This document shows, piece by piece, positions 30,453-41,342 of a stretch of DNA of 64,000 bases. The translations under genes and the position numbers were made by a program. Below the pieces are notes generated by a model. It saw nothing but the letters and a program-made list of their open reading frames with translations, was not told the origin of the DNA and did no database searches. Source of the DNA: an uncultured bacterium (GTDB lineage: Bacteria > Zixibacteria > MSB-5A5 > GN15 > FEB-12); assembly GCA_965372795.1 (NCBI GenBank), contig CBDVDR010000006.1, positions 64,001 through 128,000 of the forward strand, given 5' to 3'. Within the stretch, counting starts at the first letter, position 1, and every line of letters starts with the position of its first letter.

Positions 30453-33311
30453 TTATTTCAAAAAACAATCAGCAATACATTCCGGAGCGCCGCCAAACAT
30501 ATAATCGACCATACAGGTCAAGTCGCTAATCCCGGTATCTCCGTCACCATTAACATCGCCTTCTTCAGGACATGGAGGAGCATCACCACTACCAAAGAGA
30601 TAGTCGACAAAATATGTAATATCTGAGATATTGATTTCAGTCGTATGATTAACATCACCTCTTAATTGACAGCACTCACAAGCATCCCCGACATTATCAT
30701 TATCGCTGTCTTTTTGATCCGGGTTAGGTTCATCAATACAGTTATCACAAAGATCACCAACCGTATCACTATCAATATCACTTTGGTCATTATTGGAAAC
30801 ATCAGGGCAATTATCACAGGCATTACCTAAATCATCACTGTCATTATTTTCCTGTCCCGGATTAATAATATTCAGACAATTGTCGCAGACATCGCCGACG
30901 TTATCATTATCAATATCTTCCTGACCGGCATTATCAATATCTGGACAATTATCACAGGCATCTCCTAATCCATCTCCATCAGCATCGTTTTGTATTGGAT
31001 TACTTACGCCAAGACAATTATCAACATCATCACAAATTGAATCACCATCAGCATCATTATTTGGATCATTCGGACATGTGTCACAAACATCGCCAAGACC
31101 ATCACCATCAGAATCTACCTGTACCGAATTGGGGGTATTAGGACAATTATCAAAGTCTCCACAAATACCATCATTATCGATATCATCATCAGGATCTCCG
31201 GGACAGCTGTCACAGGCATCAGCAATTCCATCTCCATCAGTATCAGCTTGATCAGGATTATAAAACTCTGGGCAATTATCTTCAGGGCAAACATTTTCAG
31301 GATATCCGGGATCACCATAGCCATCACCATCAGAATCAACACAAATTAAACTACTTACAACATTTGTAGATTTAATATTCGAAAAAATACTCCACTGATT
31401 TTCTGCATCTTGCGCTCGCACTTTGTAGTAATAAATTCCGATTGCTTTTTCATTAATGGTGTAACTGGTATTAACTATTGTAGAAGAGATTACTGTTTGT
31501 GAAGAATAGACAGGAACAGGAGTTATATCATCAATCCAAAAACCTGGATCAGCCACATAACTGTCGGTTCTATAAGAGAATTGAATGATCACTTGTTGTC
31601 CGACAAATCCTGATAAGTCAAATATTCCTTCTACCCATCCATTTGAATATCCGGTAATACCGTTACCCAAGTTACTTCCAGTTGGATTATAATCTGTTGT
31701 TAAATTACCGGGTATTGTCGAGAAGGTTGCACCTCCGTCGGTTGAAACTTCTATATACCCATAATCCCAATCAGTTTCAATATCATAATACATCCAAAAA
31801 GTTAATTGATCGCCTGACTCAACATCTATAGGTTCAATCAATTTCAGACTATTATTCAAATTATCCCCTGCACCACTGTAAAAACTGGTCGATGGTGAGT
31901 GATTTCTTACTCCGCTTATACTGAAACCGGAACTGACCCAGTTAGCTAAATTATCAGCATAATCAGTTACTTCTGCATAACCTTCTAATTCAACCAACTC
32001 ATAATATTCGGCAGGATTATCTCCCCCACTTGCAGACCAATCAACATTATAGCTCACGCTATCTTCTATTGGTGAAACGTAAAGCGTTGGAACATCTGGA
32101 GGGTTTAAACTGTATATATTATCAATAATTCTGGCATAAAATAAGTTTGGTGCAAGATTTTCCTGTACCAGAGCTTCTTTTCTAATAAGAGTTGGCCAGA
32201 AACCATCAGCATAACCACCCACTTCAGGTGTAAAAGAAAATACTTTATTTTTTAATAATTGTTCTCCATAATTCCAATCATCTGCATCACCGTTAGTAAC
32301 ATAAAGTCCCCAACCAGGAGTTGGAAAATATCCATTCATATTTTGGACTGTATCTCCAATTTGTGCAAACAACCCATTATCCGGTGTATATATTCTGTCA
32401 TAGCCCCAAGGCCATAGAAGTAAATTTGAGTGTGAATGATAATTCATAACGATTACAAATTCATGAGCAATAATGAAATCTCTCATAACCTGTGTTTCAG
32501 GTTCTGAAAATGCACCTATGCCACGATATGTTTCACTATTCGTATTTGGAGATGAGCCTTCATCATCGTATCCCCAGGCATAACCATAATTTCGATTTAG
32601 GTCAACTCCAAAGGTGCCGTCACCGTTATCTTTTCTATTTTTACGCCACATACCGCCACCATTGGGCTCTATCACTTGATTATGATAATATCCATCAGGA
32701 TTTACGCACAAAATAAACCACATCTCACGTTCGTCAACCAGTTCAGTTACATTTGGCCAGAATCCATAATTTGTAGTCAAATGATCCATGAAATAGAAAA
32801 GAACTTCCGGAGTAATAACTTCACGGGCATGATGTAAGGCATTGTACAAAATTTCAGGTTCATCTTCATCAATATTAGGATTGTCAGAAATTTTCACAGC
32901 CCAAATATCCCGCCCCTCCAGAGATTTACCAATGCTTATTTTCTCTGAGACAATATCAGGATTTTCTGCAATAATCGTATCAAGATAGGCATTTATCTCT
33001 TCAAGTGTTTTCCAGCCGCCCATATCAGTTTTTGCAGCCATTCTTGATTGATAAAATTTGGTTACATCTTCATGAACAGTTTCTGTTTGGAGACCAAGAG
33101 ACTGTATTAAGAATAATTCCTCATTATTTGTAATGACCTCAATATAGCTATCGGTGCTTGTTATTTCATCAAGTTGCAGACTTTTAATTTGCAATACATC
33201 TGACTTTGTTTCATAAAATATCTTAACCTGCATTGAAATTGATTTGGCGGAAATTGAACTAATTAATGTGAGGGAAATGACAAGGCATAACTGAATTAGC
33301 TTCCTAAACAC
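30453..33311 (-). CDS. Secreted M14 carboxypeptidase T-like enzyme with jelly-roll module, TSP3-like repeats and dockerin-like tail
   Basis: GTG start after GGAGG; HHARE, WRKNR, GVDLNRNY, NYHSHS, FTPEVG; YDIETDWDYGY module; GDVNGDGDTGISDLT. Confidence 0.9.
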   Translation of the reverse strand: MFRKLIQLCLVISLTLISSISAKSISMQVKIFYETKSDVLQIKSLQLDEITSTDSYIEVITNNEELFLIQSLGLQTETVHEDVTKFYQSRMAAKTDMGGWKTLEEINAYLDTIIAENPDIVSEKISIGKSLEGRDIWAVKISDNPNIDEDEPEILYNALHHAREVITPEVLFYFMDHLTTNYGFWPNVTELVDEREMWFILCVNPDGYYHNQVIEPNGGGMWRKNRKDNGDGTFGVDLNRNYGYAWGYDDEGSSPNTNSETYRGIGAFSEPETQVMRDFIIAHEFVIVMNYHSHSNLLLWPWGYDRIYTPDNGLFAQIGDTVQNMNGYFPTPGWGLYVTNGDADDWNYGEQLLKNKVFSFTPEVGGYADGFWPTLIRKEALVQENLAPNLFYARIIDNIYSLNPPDVPTLYVSPIEDSVSYNVDWSASGGDNPAEYYELVELEGYAEVTDYADNLANWVSSGFSISGVRNHSPSTSFYSGAGDNLNNSLKLIEPIDVESGDQLTFWMYYDIETDWDYGYIEVSTDGGATFSTIPGNLTTDYNPTGSNLGNGITGYSNGWVEGIFDLSGFVGQQVIIQFSYRTDSYVADPGFWIDDITPVPVYSSQTVISSTIVNTSYTINEKAIGIYYYKVRAQDAENQWSIFSNIKSTNVVSSLICVDSDGDGYGDPGYPENVCPEDNCPEFYNPDQADTDGDGIADACDSCPGDPDDDIDNDGICGDFDNCPNTPNSVQVDSDGDGLGDVCDTCPNDPNNDADGDSICDDVDNCLGVSNPIQNDADGDGLGDACDNCPDIDNAGQEDIDNDNVGDVCDNCLNIINPGQENNDSDDLGNACDNCPDVSNNDQSDIDSDTVGDLCDNCIDEPNPDQKDSDNDNVGDACECCQLRGDVNHTTEINISDITYFVDYLFGSGDAPPCPEEGDVNGDGDTGISDLTCMVDYMFGGAPECIADCFLK
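30680..31345 (-). repeat. Thrombospondin type-3-like repeat array (coding)
   Basis: Tandem DxDxDGxGDxCDNCP units; boundaries approximate. Confidence 0.8.
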
Positions 33312-33524
33312 TGATGAACCTCCAATTTGTTGTAACCGGTTAGACCAGTAAGAACTTTGATGAGTTTTTTAAAAGATAATAATAATATCTATTTTTCCAA
33401 GCCAATTTTAAAAGTAGTTATGCCAATAACTTGCCTCTTTTCATAAATTGGTTAATTATTTATAATCTGAGATTGCAAATTGCAACTATTGACTGTATAA
33501 TCTTATATAATAAAGGTTAAATTA

Positions 33525-34274
33525 ATGAATATTATAATACTAAAAGACGGTGATAAGGATGCTAACTCGACTTACAAAATTGCTGATAACAGAGCAGATC
33601 ATATCAGGACTATTTTAAAAGGTGAGGTTGGACAATCAGTCGAAATTGGACTTTTGAATGGTCAAATCGGTAAAGCTGAAATTAGTGAAATTACGAATCA
33701 GTTCGTTTCATTAAAAATTATAGAATTGAAAGACCCACAAATTGTTGCTCCAGAATTAACTTTGATTTGTGCCTTGCCACGACCTCAGACATTGAAAAAA
33801 GTTCTTCTTACATCCGCAATGATGGGTGTATCTAACATTCATTTTATAAAAGCCAACAGAGTCGAAAAAAGTTACTTCCATTCTCCACTACTCCAACCGG
33901 AAAAATACACTCCATACCTCATCGAAGGGCTTTCACAGGGCAAGTCAGTTCTCTTACCCGAAGTTAAATTCCATGAGCGATTCAAAGTATTTTTTGAAGA
34001 TTATTTCCCTAATCAAATTGAAAGTGAAAATCAAACTTTATTAAAGCTTCTTCCTGATCTTGATTCATCACAAAATTTAATTGAGATGCATCAGGAAAAT
34101 CCAGAAAGAATTATAATTGCTATCGGACCTGAAGGTGGATGGGTGCCCTTTGAAACGGAGTTGATTGCTTCATTGGGATTTAATAAGTTTTCATTGAGTC
34201 GATGGACCTTAAGAGTAGAACACGCTGTTACAGCAGTATTATCACAAATCGAATTACTCAAAAACAAAGCATAA
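33525..34274 (+). CDS. rsmE: 16S rRNA m3U1498 methyltransferase
   Basis: HIRTIL, LPRPQ, AIGPEGGW and TLRVEHA SPOUT motifs. Confidence 0.88.
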   Translation: MNIIILKDGDKDANSTYKIADNRADHIRTILKGEVGQSVEIGLLNGQIGKAEISEITNQFVSLKIIELKDPQIVAPELTLICALPRPQTLKKVLLTSAMMGVSNIHFIKANRVEKSYFHSPLLQPEKYTPYLIEGLSQGKSVLLPEVKFHERFKVFFEDYFPNQIESENQTLLKLLPDLDSSQNLIEMHQENPERIIIAIGPEGGWVPFETELIASLGFNKFSLSRWTLRVEHAVTAVLSQIELLKNKA

Positions 34275-34275
34275 A

Positions 34276-34306
34276 AAAAGCCGGATAGATTGACTATCCG
34301 GCTTTT
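34276..34306. terminator. Bidirectional terminator between convergent genes
   Basis: AAAAGCCGGATAG-ATTGA-CTATCCGGCTTTT. Confidence 0.88.
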
Positions 34307-34321
34307 ACGATCTATTTCAAC

Positions 34322-35323
34322 TTAGAAGTTGAATTTCGCTGTAAAATACTGATTAGCATCAAAGTAATCAGTTTCAGTCCATGAATACTCAATTGTCAGC
34401 TTAGATTCACCAATAGGATAGGAGAAACCAGCTCCAAATGAGACTCCATAGATATATTCTTCCTGATCAGCATAATTGTATCCCGCACGGAGTGAATATC
34501 TGCTGTCATAGATATACTCGAAACCACCCTGATAAATATCTTCTGCGAAGGTATTTGAGGTGAAGTTTCCTGCTAATGTGGCATAATTCGGACCTTCATT
34601 CATAAAGTCGTATGAGAATCCAAATTTAATATATCCCGGAAGTTCAAAAGACTGTGCATTACCACGAACTGAACGCTGTCCGGCAACTTCAAATGATTGA
34701 TCAAAACCCGAGCCGGAGAATTCCATGGTTGGACCATAATTCATTATAGCCATACCAAAAGAAACACCTTTCCAACGAGGATCATAGATAAATCCAGCAT
34801 CAAATGCCATACCAGAAGCTGAGACATCAAAAATAGCTTCATTGATAAACTTTACAGAAGTACCAAATGAAACATTTGCAGTTAAAATTCGTGCATAAGA
34901 AATTCCCAAGACTGAAAAGGTCGGACTAAATAATGATCCGGTACCTTCCGGGCTGGAAATTGTAGTCTCTTCAATATCACCAATAGTAACAACTTTGGCA
35001 GTAAAAGCAATGACACCAAAGTCTTCTAAGTTGGTGGCAATACCACCAAAATTAACATTGATATCAGCAAAGTACGGAATATGTGTAAACATCGCTTCCG
35101 AACCTTCCAAAGATGCTAACCCGGCAGGATTCCAGTAAACGGACTCCAAGCCGCTAACATTTGAAATGACCGCACCACCCATAGCGGAGCCACGAGAACC
35201 AACTGGTATCAGCAGTTCTGTAGCACCGGCGGTACCGATCCGTTTTGTGTTCCCCGCATAGGCCGTTGAGAGGGCCATTCCAAGGAGCACTATGATAACA
35301 ATCGCTACTTTATATTTCATCAT
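34322..35323 (-). CDS. PorV/PorQ-like (FadL-type) outer membrane beta-barrel
   Basis: Signal peptide; LLIPVGSRGSAMGGA, YWNPAGLA, LRAGY; C-terminal Phe. Confidence 0.8.
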   Translation of the reverse strand: MMKYKVAIVIIVLLGMALSTAYAGNTKRIGTAGATELLIPVGSRGSAMGGAVISNVSGLESVYWNPAGLASLEGSEAMFTHIPYFADINVNFGGIATNLEDFGVIAFTAKVVTIGDIEETTISSPEGTGSLFSPTFSVLGISYARILTANVSFGTSVKFINEAIFDVSASGMAFDAGFIYDPRWKGVSFGMAIMNYGPTMEFSGSGFDQSFEVAGQRSVRGNAQSFELPGYIKFGFSYDFMNEGPNYATLAGNFTSNTFAEDIYQGGFEYIYDSRYSLRAGYNYADQEEYIYGVSFGAGFSYPIGESKLTIEYSWTETDYFDANQYFTAKFNF

Positions 35324-35339
35324 CTAACCTTCCTTAGAA

Positions 35340-38300
35340 TTAATATTGACCCAATTGTTCTTCTTCAACGAATATGGCCATCTTTCCGATTTTTTGACCA
35401 AAACCTTCAGCTTCTACAACATATACATATATGCCGGAAGCAATCGGAACACCATTAGTATTCAGCATATCCCAGGTAGTTTCAGTTTCAGAGTCGTCTT
35501 TTTCGACCTTTGCAACTATATCACCAGAGATAGAGAAAATTCTAATCGTGCACTTTTCCGGAAGGTTTGTAAATTTCAGGTTTCGGTTAAAGACAGAATT
35601 ATCAAATCCAGAAAACAAATAATAAGGATTTGGTACTACTTTAATATCATTGAGAAGCTCTTCGGAGGCATCTGCTACAACTGGAGCTTCAGCAACAAAT
35701 GAGAAAGTATCCACTGCTGCATTAATTCTTTGATAATTAAATGAGAATTCATCTTCACCGGTTCCACCTGGAGAAAATGGAACTGATCCACGTCTTGCGA
35801 CCAATATCCAATATAGAATTGGCATTGGATCATCAATTGCATTTAACATATAGTCAGGATTAGCAGTCTCTGAATATTCATCCAGATAAATCCATAACCA
35901 TTCACGTGGTCCGGATCCAGAAACATTATCATAATCGATATAACTACCAGGGAACCACATACCATCAACCAAGCCACCTTCAGTGTTATTTTCAAGGAAG
36001 CCAACTGTAAGTCTTTGTGGAGGGTCTACACTGACATTCCACGCAGATAATGGTACATTAGGTTCAAAAATCTGGAAGCCGTAACTTCCTGAATTCGGAT
36101 CTATAATAAATGGAGCAAATTCTGGAATTGCTGGAGGACCAGCTCCTCTGAGATAACGATAACCATAAGAAACATTTTCATCGTTAACATCAAAATTACC
36201 ATCTTCATCAACTGTTGCCAATTTTAATAAAATGTCAACATGATCAGGAATTGGAACTGGATCATGACTACCAAAACCATGAGTATCACCAGGACCACCC
36301 CAACCGATAGCTCCTTCAAATCCTTCGAATCCAAAACCATCAGCTCCACCAGCCCAGGTAAAGCGACGAGTGCCACTTGGGGCATCCCATTCGCCTACAC
36401 CACCGGCAGGACCGATAACTTTGAGCAGAAATCCATCAGCGATTGCATAGTCAGAATCACCTGCCTGATTTGTTTGATCAGCAAGAATGACTTGACCGGT
36501 AGTTACATCAAGAAGATGCCATACCCAACCACTAACGAGTTCTTCAAAAATCACTTCATATGTATGACCGGTTAAAGCTAACGGATCAATAATCGTAGCT
36601 GTAACTGTACCATCTGAACTGGTTCTTGAAAGATCAATTTCAATTTCTTGACCGAATTCAGTACTAACTTCTGTGCCAATTGTTGGTTTTGATGGTTTTG
36701 CAGTAACAATTGTCTGAGAAGTTAAAGTCTGTTCACCAGCAAGTTTTGTTTGATCAACTGAATAAGCATCAACTTTGAAATAATATTCAGTATTATTAAA
36801 CAGAACAGCACCGGAGAAAGCATCTTGAGAAATCTCAAAATGACGTTGTAATCCAGTGTTTTTACCTTCTTTAACGATAACAGGGAATGGTTCACCTAAG
36901 ACACTGTTAAAGAATGTATCAACAACAACAGAAATATCATTAACAACATCAAAGTTGCCTAACATTTTCCACGGACCGGATGGACTTTCACCCTGATGTA
37001 CAGTATATCCTTCAAAAGGATAATCACCAGAATTTTCTTCTGAAATATTAGTCCATGCCAGTACAACCTGCTGATCCAAATTAGTAACAGTTACAATCGG
37101 TTTTGCAGGTGGCGGAGGAGGATTGAATCCACTTTCATAGATTCTTTGTGCTGAAGCATCAATCTCTTTCATAAGAGTAATTGATGATAAACGATCAGAA
37201 CCCTGACCAACAACAATAGCAGCCAGAATTTCAGTTGAATCACCAGGAGCAAAATCAAATGGTCCGGTTGTTACCATGAAACGACGATCAGCCGGATCAA
37301 AGTCAAGAGAACCAATGCCAGTGACTGGATCACCAGCAAAATGGAATGTAGTTACAACACCCTGATCATCCGTATAGTCAGAACCGTCAGCATTCAAACC
37401 TTGCATATAGTTATATGTTTCAGTTTTATTCTGAGGGTCAGTACCGTTAATGTACTTGGCAAAGGATGACATTGGAAGGTTACGGTATTGTGGGAAAGTT
37501 GTTCCCCACATTAGCGCTGTATCTGCATCATCTCCCGTGAACTCAAGTGGTCCTTGGAAGAAGTCAAATCCAACCGCTGGTGGGTTCGAGCCATAACTAC
37601 CGTCATCATTATTACCGTTATAACAATACCCTAATGATAATGCAGTATCACATCCATCTAAATCATCACCGGCATCTCCTAAATCAGGATCTGACCAAAG
37701 TGATACATAAACGTTTTCCAAATTTTTTCCGCCTTTGTTCATAACTTTGAACTTAAGGAAGATAATATTTGCTAACGAACCGGTACGATCGAAACCAAAT
37801 ACGGTCTGTTGTACCTCAATACCCATTGGATCTGTACGACCAGAGTTATTGGTATGAGCAGATGCGTCCGCATCATTATAAACAGTCCAAAGCATTTGAT
37901 CACCAATCATATCAGGAGTGCCGTCTTCTTTAACTGGGGCACCCTGATTAGCCGGCCAATCGTTATAATCATCATTCGGATTGTCAGCAAGACTATCAGA
38001 ATAAAGTTTATATACACGGAAAGAAGAATTATCTGGTATAAATGTGCCATCGGCCATTGGACCAGGGACATATTCTTCAGAATATTCTGCCAAACAAATC
38101 AAAGTATCGTTGGTAGCAGCATCAACGCCACCGATCCATAATCCAGCAGCATAAATCACAGAATTGGTATTAAAACCACTCTCGATATCTGCTGTGCCGG
38201 TATATGGAAAATAAAGTCCATCGGTTTTACCAAACAGACCTCCAAGATCAGTTGCAAAAGCTCCATCATTCGAGAATAACATCAACATACTGTTTACGTC

Positions 38301-38426
38301 GATGTATGTGTCAGTATCAAGGGCTGTAGTTCTACTGCCAGCCGATATTGACTTCTGGGGAGCTCGGGCAAAGACAGGCAATGCCATTATTAGTATTAAC
38401 ATAAATACTAAAAGTGTTTTTTTCAT
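35340..38426 (-). CDS. Large secreted protein with T9SS-CTD/FlgD-like C-terminal domain
   Basis: Signal peptide; C-terminus IKVVPNPY...FTNLPEKCTIRIFSISGDIV...WD...ASGIYVY...KIGKMAIF. Confidence 0.72.
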   Translation of the reverse strand: MKKTLLVFMLILIMALPVFARAPQKSISAGSRTTALDTDTYIDVNSMLMLFSNDGAFATDLGGLFGKTDGLYFPYTGTADIESGFNTNSVIYAAGLWIGGVDAATNDTLICLAEYSEEYVPGPMADGTFIPDNSSFRVYKLYSDSLADNPNDDYNDWPANQGAPVKEDGTPDMIGDQMLWTVYNDADASAHTNNSGRTDPMGIEVQQTVFGFDRTGSLANIIFLKFKVMNKGGKNLENVYVSLWSDPDLGDAGDDLDGCDTALSLGYCYNGNNDDGSYGSNPPAVGFDFFQGPLEFTGDDADTALMWGTTFPQYRNLPMSSFAKYINGTDPQNKTETYNYMQGLNADGSDYTDDQGVVTTFHFAGDPVTGIGSLDFDPADRRFMVTTGPFDFAPGDSTEILAAIVVGQGSDRLSSITLMKEIDASAQRIYESGFNPPPPPAKPIVTVTNLDQQVVLAWTNISEENSGDYPFEGYTVHQGESPSGPWKMLGNFDVVNDISVVVDTFFNSVLGEPFPVIVKEGKNTGLQRHFEISQDAFSGAVLFNNTEYYFKVDAYSVDQTKLAGEQTLTSQTIVTAKPSKPTIGTEVSTEFGQEIEIDLSRTSSDGTVTATIIDPLALTGHTYEVIFEELVSGWVWHLLDVTTGQVILADQTNQAGDSDYAIADGFLLKVIGPAGGVGEWDAPSGTRRFTWAGGADGFGFEGFEGAIGWGGPGDTHGFGSHDPVPIPDHVDILLKLATVDEDGNFDVNDENVSYGYRYLRGAGPPAIPEFAPFIIDPNSGSYGFQIFEPNVPLSAWNVSVDPPQRLTVGFLENNTEGGLVDGMWFPGSYIDYDNVSGSGPREWLWIYLDEYSETANPDYMLNAIDDPMPILYWILVARRGSVPFSPGGTGEDEFSFNYQRINAAVDTFSFVAEAPVVADASEELLNDIKVVPNPYYLFSGFDNSVFNRNLKFTNLPEKCTIRIFSISGDIVAKVEKDDSETETTWDMLNTNGVPIASGIYVYVVEAEGFGQKIGKMAIFVEEEQLGQY

Positions 38427-38447
38427 AATTACTAACTCCTAACTCCC

Positions 38448-41342
38448 TTAGAATGAAAATCTCAATCCAGCAAGAATCGTACGTGGAAGTCCGTAGCTCT
38501 GTGGATTTCTTGATTTAAGTTCATATTTATCAGCACCAGTTAATCCGGAATAATCTTCCTCTGTACCATCTGCGCTATTAAGCCAGCTGGTACCAGCATC
38601 AGAATCAAGCCAGCCGGTATTATCAGGATCACCTGTACCTTCATAAACAGAGTAAACATTATCACGATTCAAAGCATTCTTGACCCAAACATAAGCTGAA
38701 AGTTTGTAGTTACTAACATCAAAGAATCGTTCAACTTTCATATCAACCTGGAAAGTCCAAGGAGTGTAATTTGAATTACGAGGACCATTCGGGGTTGGTG
38801 AAGTTGCAGCAAGTGTGATTTCATTATAGACTTTTTGTGGAGAATAAGGTGTTCCACTCGAAGCCTGGATAACTGCATTGGCACCAAAGTTTTCAAAGAT
38901 ATAATAATCTCCGATTTTTGGACCTTCGCCTTTAGTAGTACGGAAATCTACAATACCTAATACACTATGACGCTGATCAAATGATAGAGGAGCTGTTTGT
39001 TTAGGCTCATTAGCATTTACCCATGCGACATTACTCTGTGTGTTGGCATACGAACCAGTACCATTAGCATAAGAGAGAGAATATTTAAGATCTAATCTAA
39101 TGTTATTAGTTCTGCGCATTACAACCTGGAACTCAAGACCTTTAATTGTACTATAGTCTGAGTTACGGAAACTTGCAAAACTCTTCGGGAAAGCAGATTG
39201 ATTATAAACCTGCATCAATCCGGTTACATCTTTATAGAAGGCAGTAAAGTTAAATACTGCAACATCACTCAATTGATGAGTGAAGCCAAACTCGTATTGT
39301 GTTGTTTTTTCAGGTTCCAGATTCGGATTACCAAAGGCATAAAAGAATCCACCGCGATTAATCATCTTTTCATAGAAGTCATAACCAACGAAAAGGCGGA
39401 GCAAGTTTGGACGCTGGAAGAACTTACCATAGTTTACATGCACCTGAGTTCTATCACTGATTGGGAATGAGATTCCTAAACGTGGTGATAATTTCGTGAA
39501 TGATTTACTTGGCTCAAGATCTTCTGGTTCAAGAGTTGCTAATCCATCAGCATCTGGATCTGTTAAACGAATTGAATCAGGATCAAGTGGCTGTTCCGGA
39601 TTTTTAAGACGTTCAGCCTTATAATCATAATAATCAAAACGTAATCCGGCACTTACTATCATACCATACCATTCGAAACGATCCTGTAAATAAAAGGCAC
39701 CGTTGATCGGATGCTTGGTTTCATTTTGCCAGGGTTCATCATCTGATTCTTCACCGTCAAATGTATAACCATAACGGTCAACATCGATAAAGCCACCACG
39801 GTCTAAACCATTGTATGATTCAGTTGGGAACAAAGCACGATAATAGCGAAGAGTGTGACGTTGATAGTCAAAACCAAATTTCACTGTATGCATATCATGG
39901 ACCTGGCTATTGATATCACCTTTGATACCGAAATATTCTGATTTTCTTCTGTAAAAATCATCATAGACGTGACCTTCATCACCACCGGTGATATATGTGC
40001 GGACTACACCATCAGTAGTAAGAGTATCAGTTGTTACTTCGGTAGTATCGATATCATAATTCCAGAACAGATTCGTGTTTTCAAAACGAGGGTTTCCACC
40101 TGGACGACCATAAGCATATAGGTCTTCCCTATGAACACCATCTCCACGGAATCTTTCCGTGATATAGTAAGTACCACTCAGATTCATGAAAGTATTTTCA
40201 TTAAATGTATGAGTAATTTTACCATTCATTCCAAGGTTTTCATCCTTATAATAAGGAGAATGCGTATAGTTCAAACGATATGAATGCAAATATTCACGCC
40301 ATTCATCGACCGAACCATTGGCACCTAAGTATAATTTGGTGTTTGGACCAAAAGAGTAGTCTAATTTACCCTGATATGACCAGCCACTGAGACTGTTGCT
40401 AGGCATAGGAGCGTAACCGTCAAGTGAAGATGGGTTACGATCTTTTTTCCAACGACGTTCGCCGGACAAAAAGAAATGACCTTCTTTAAGTCCTGGAATC
40501 GGACCGCCAAAGTCAGCGGAATAATAATTCTCATCAAAAACCTTATGAAGGTCATCAAGATAATTATCAGTCACAACTTCAACGTTACCATGGTATTCAT
40601 CACTACCGGCATTTGAAATTACGTTTACAATACCAGAAGCAACATGACCATATTCTGCCGGGAATCCACCTGATATAACAGTAACTTCTTTAATAGCATT
40701 GTTACTGATATTTGCAGTTGATGTACCTGACAATGGATCCTGTTGTGAGAATCCATCAACGTAGTAAGCGACTTCAGAAGGTCGACCACCACGCAAGTTT
40801 AATTCCGAACTGTTAATTGACTCACGGCCACCACGGGCACGGGTTGTCACATTCGGATTAATTCTAACTACGGAGTTCTGAAGACCTACCAGCTGCTCGA
40901 ATCCACGAGTAGGCATAGCAAGAATTTCATCTCTCTTGACAATACTTATTGAGGCTACTTTATCCCTTATTACTAAAGGAGTCTCTGCAGTAACCCTAAT
41001 AACTTTGTCAAGTTCTGTTGTAGCTGGTTCCATAGCATGACTCTGATAAGTAGCTAATTCCGCAGAAACGGATACATTACCAACTTCTAAGGATGTATAA
41101 CCAACAGAACTAATTTTTAAAATAAATGTGTTTACAGGTACATTTAAGATTGTATACCTGCCATTTGCATCAGTAATAGCACCTAAATCAGTACCATCAA
41201 CTGAAACAGTAACACCGACAATCGGCTTCTCAGTTTGAGCATCAGTTATCATCCCAGTAATTTTACCGGTAACTCCAGCCCAACTTGATGTTGCGAACCA
41301 AAATAGCAGCAGGATTGCCACCAAGCTCAGGTTTCGCTTCAT
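38448..41342 (-). CDS. TonB-dependent receptor with N-terminal carboxypeptidase-regulatory-like domain
   Basis: ATG 41342 after AGGAGG; GKITG..TDANGRY; plug RGGR..YYVDG..GGFPAEYG; SPRLG, GNPNLEPEKT; ends LRFSF. Confidence 0.92.
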   Translation of the reverse strand: MKRNLSLVAILLLFWFATSSWAGVTGKITGMITDAQTEKPIVGVTVSVDGTDLGAITDANGRYTILNVPVNTFILKISSVGYTSLEVGNVSVSAELATYQSHAMEPATTELDKVIRVTAETPLVIRDKVASISIVKRDEILAMPTRGFEQLVGLQNSVVRINPNVTTRARGGRESINSSELNLRGGRPSEVAYYVDGFSQQDPLSGTSTANISNNAIKEVTVISGGFPAEYGHVASGIVNVISNAGSDEYHGNVEVVTDNYLDDLHKVFDENYYSADFGGPIPGLKEGHFFLSGERRWKKDRNPSSLDGYAPMPSNSLSGWSYQGKLDYSFGPNTKLYLGANGSVDEWREYLHSYRLNYTHSPYYKDENLGMNGKITHTFNENTFMNLSGTYYITERFRGDGVHREDLYAYGRPGGNPRFENTNLFWNYDIDTTEVTTDTLTTDGVVRTYITGGDEGHVYDDFYRRKSEYFGIKGDINSQVHDMHTVKFGFDYQRHTLRYYRALFPTESYNGLDRGGFIDVDRYGYTFDGEESDDEPWQNETKHPINGAFYLQDRFEWYGMIVSAGLRFDYYDYKAERLKNPEQPLDPDSIRLTDPDADGLATLEPEDLEPSKSFTKLSPRLGISFPISDRTQVHVNYGKFFQRPNLLRLFVGYDFYEKMINRGGFFYAFGNPNLEPEKTTQYEFGFTHQLSDVAVFNFTAFYKDVTGLMQVYNQSAFPKSFASFRNSDYSTIKGLEFQVVMRRTNNIRLDLKYSLSYANGTGSYANTQSNVAWVNANEPKQTAPLSFDQRHSVLGIVDFRTTKGEGPKIGDYYIFENFGANAVIQASSGTPYSPQKVYNEITLAATSPTPNGPRNSNYTPWTFQVDMKVERFFDVSNYKLSAYVWVKNALNRDNVYSVYEGTGDPDNTGWLDSDAGTSWLNSADGTEEDYSGLTGADKYELKSRNPQSYGLPRTILAGLRFSF

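Noticed and set aside
27900..31345. Periodic sequence resembling a CRISPR or tandem DNA array
   Set aside because: The repeats are degenerate protein-coding TSP3-like units, with no identical repeat-spacer pattern and no cas genes.
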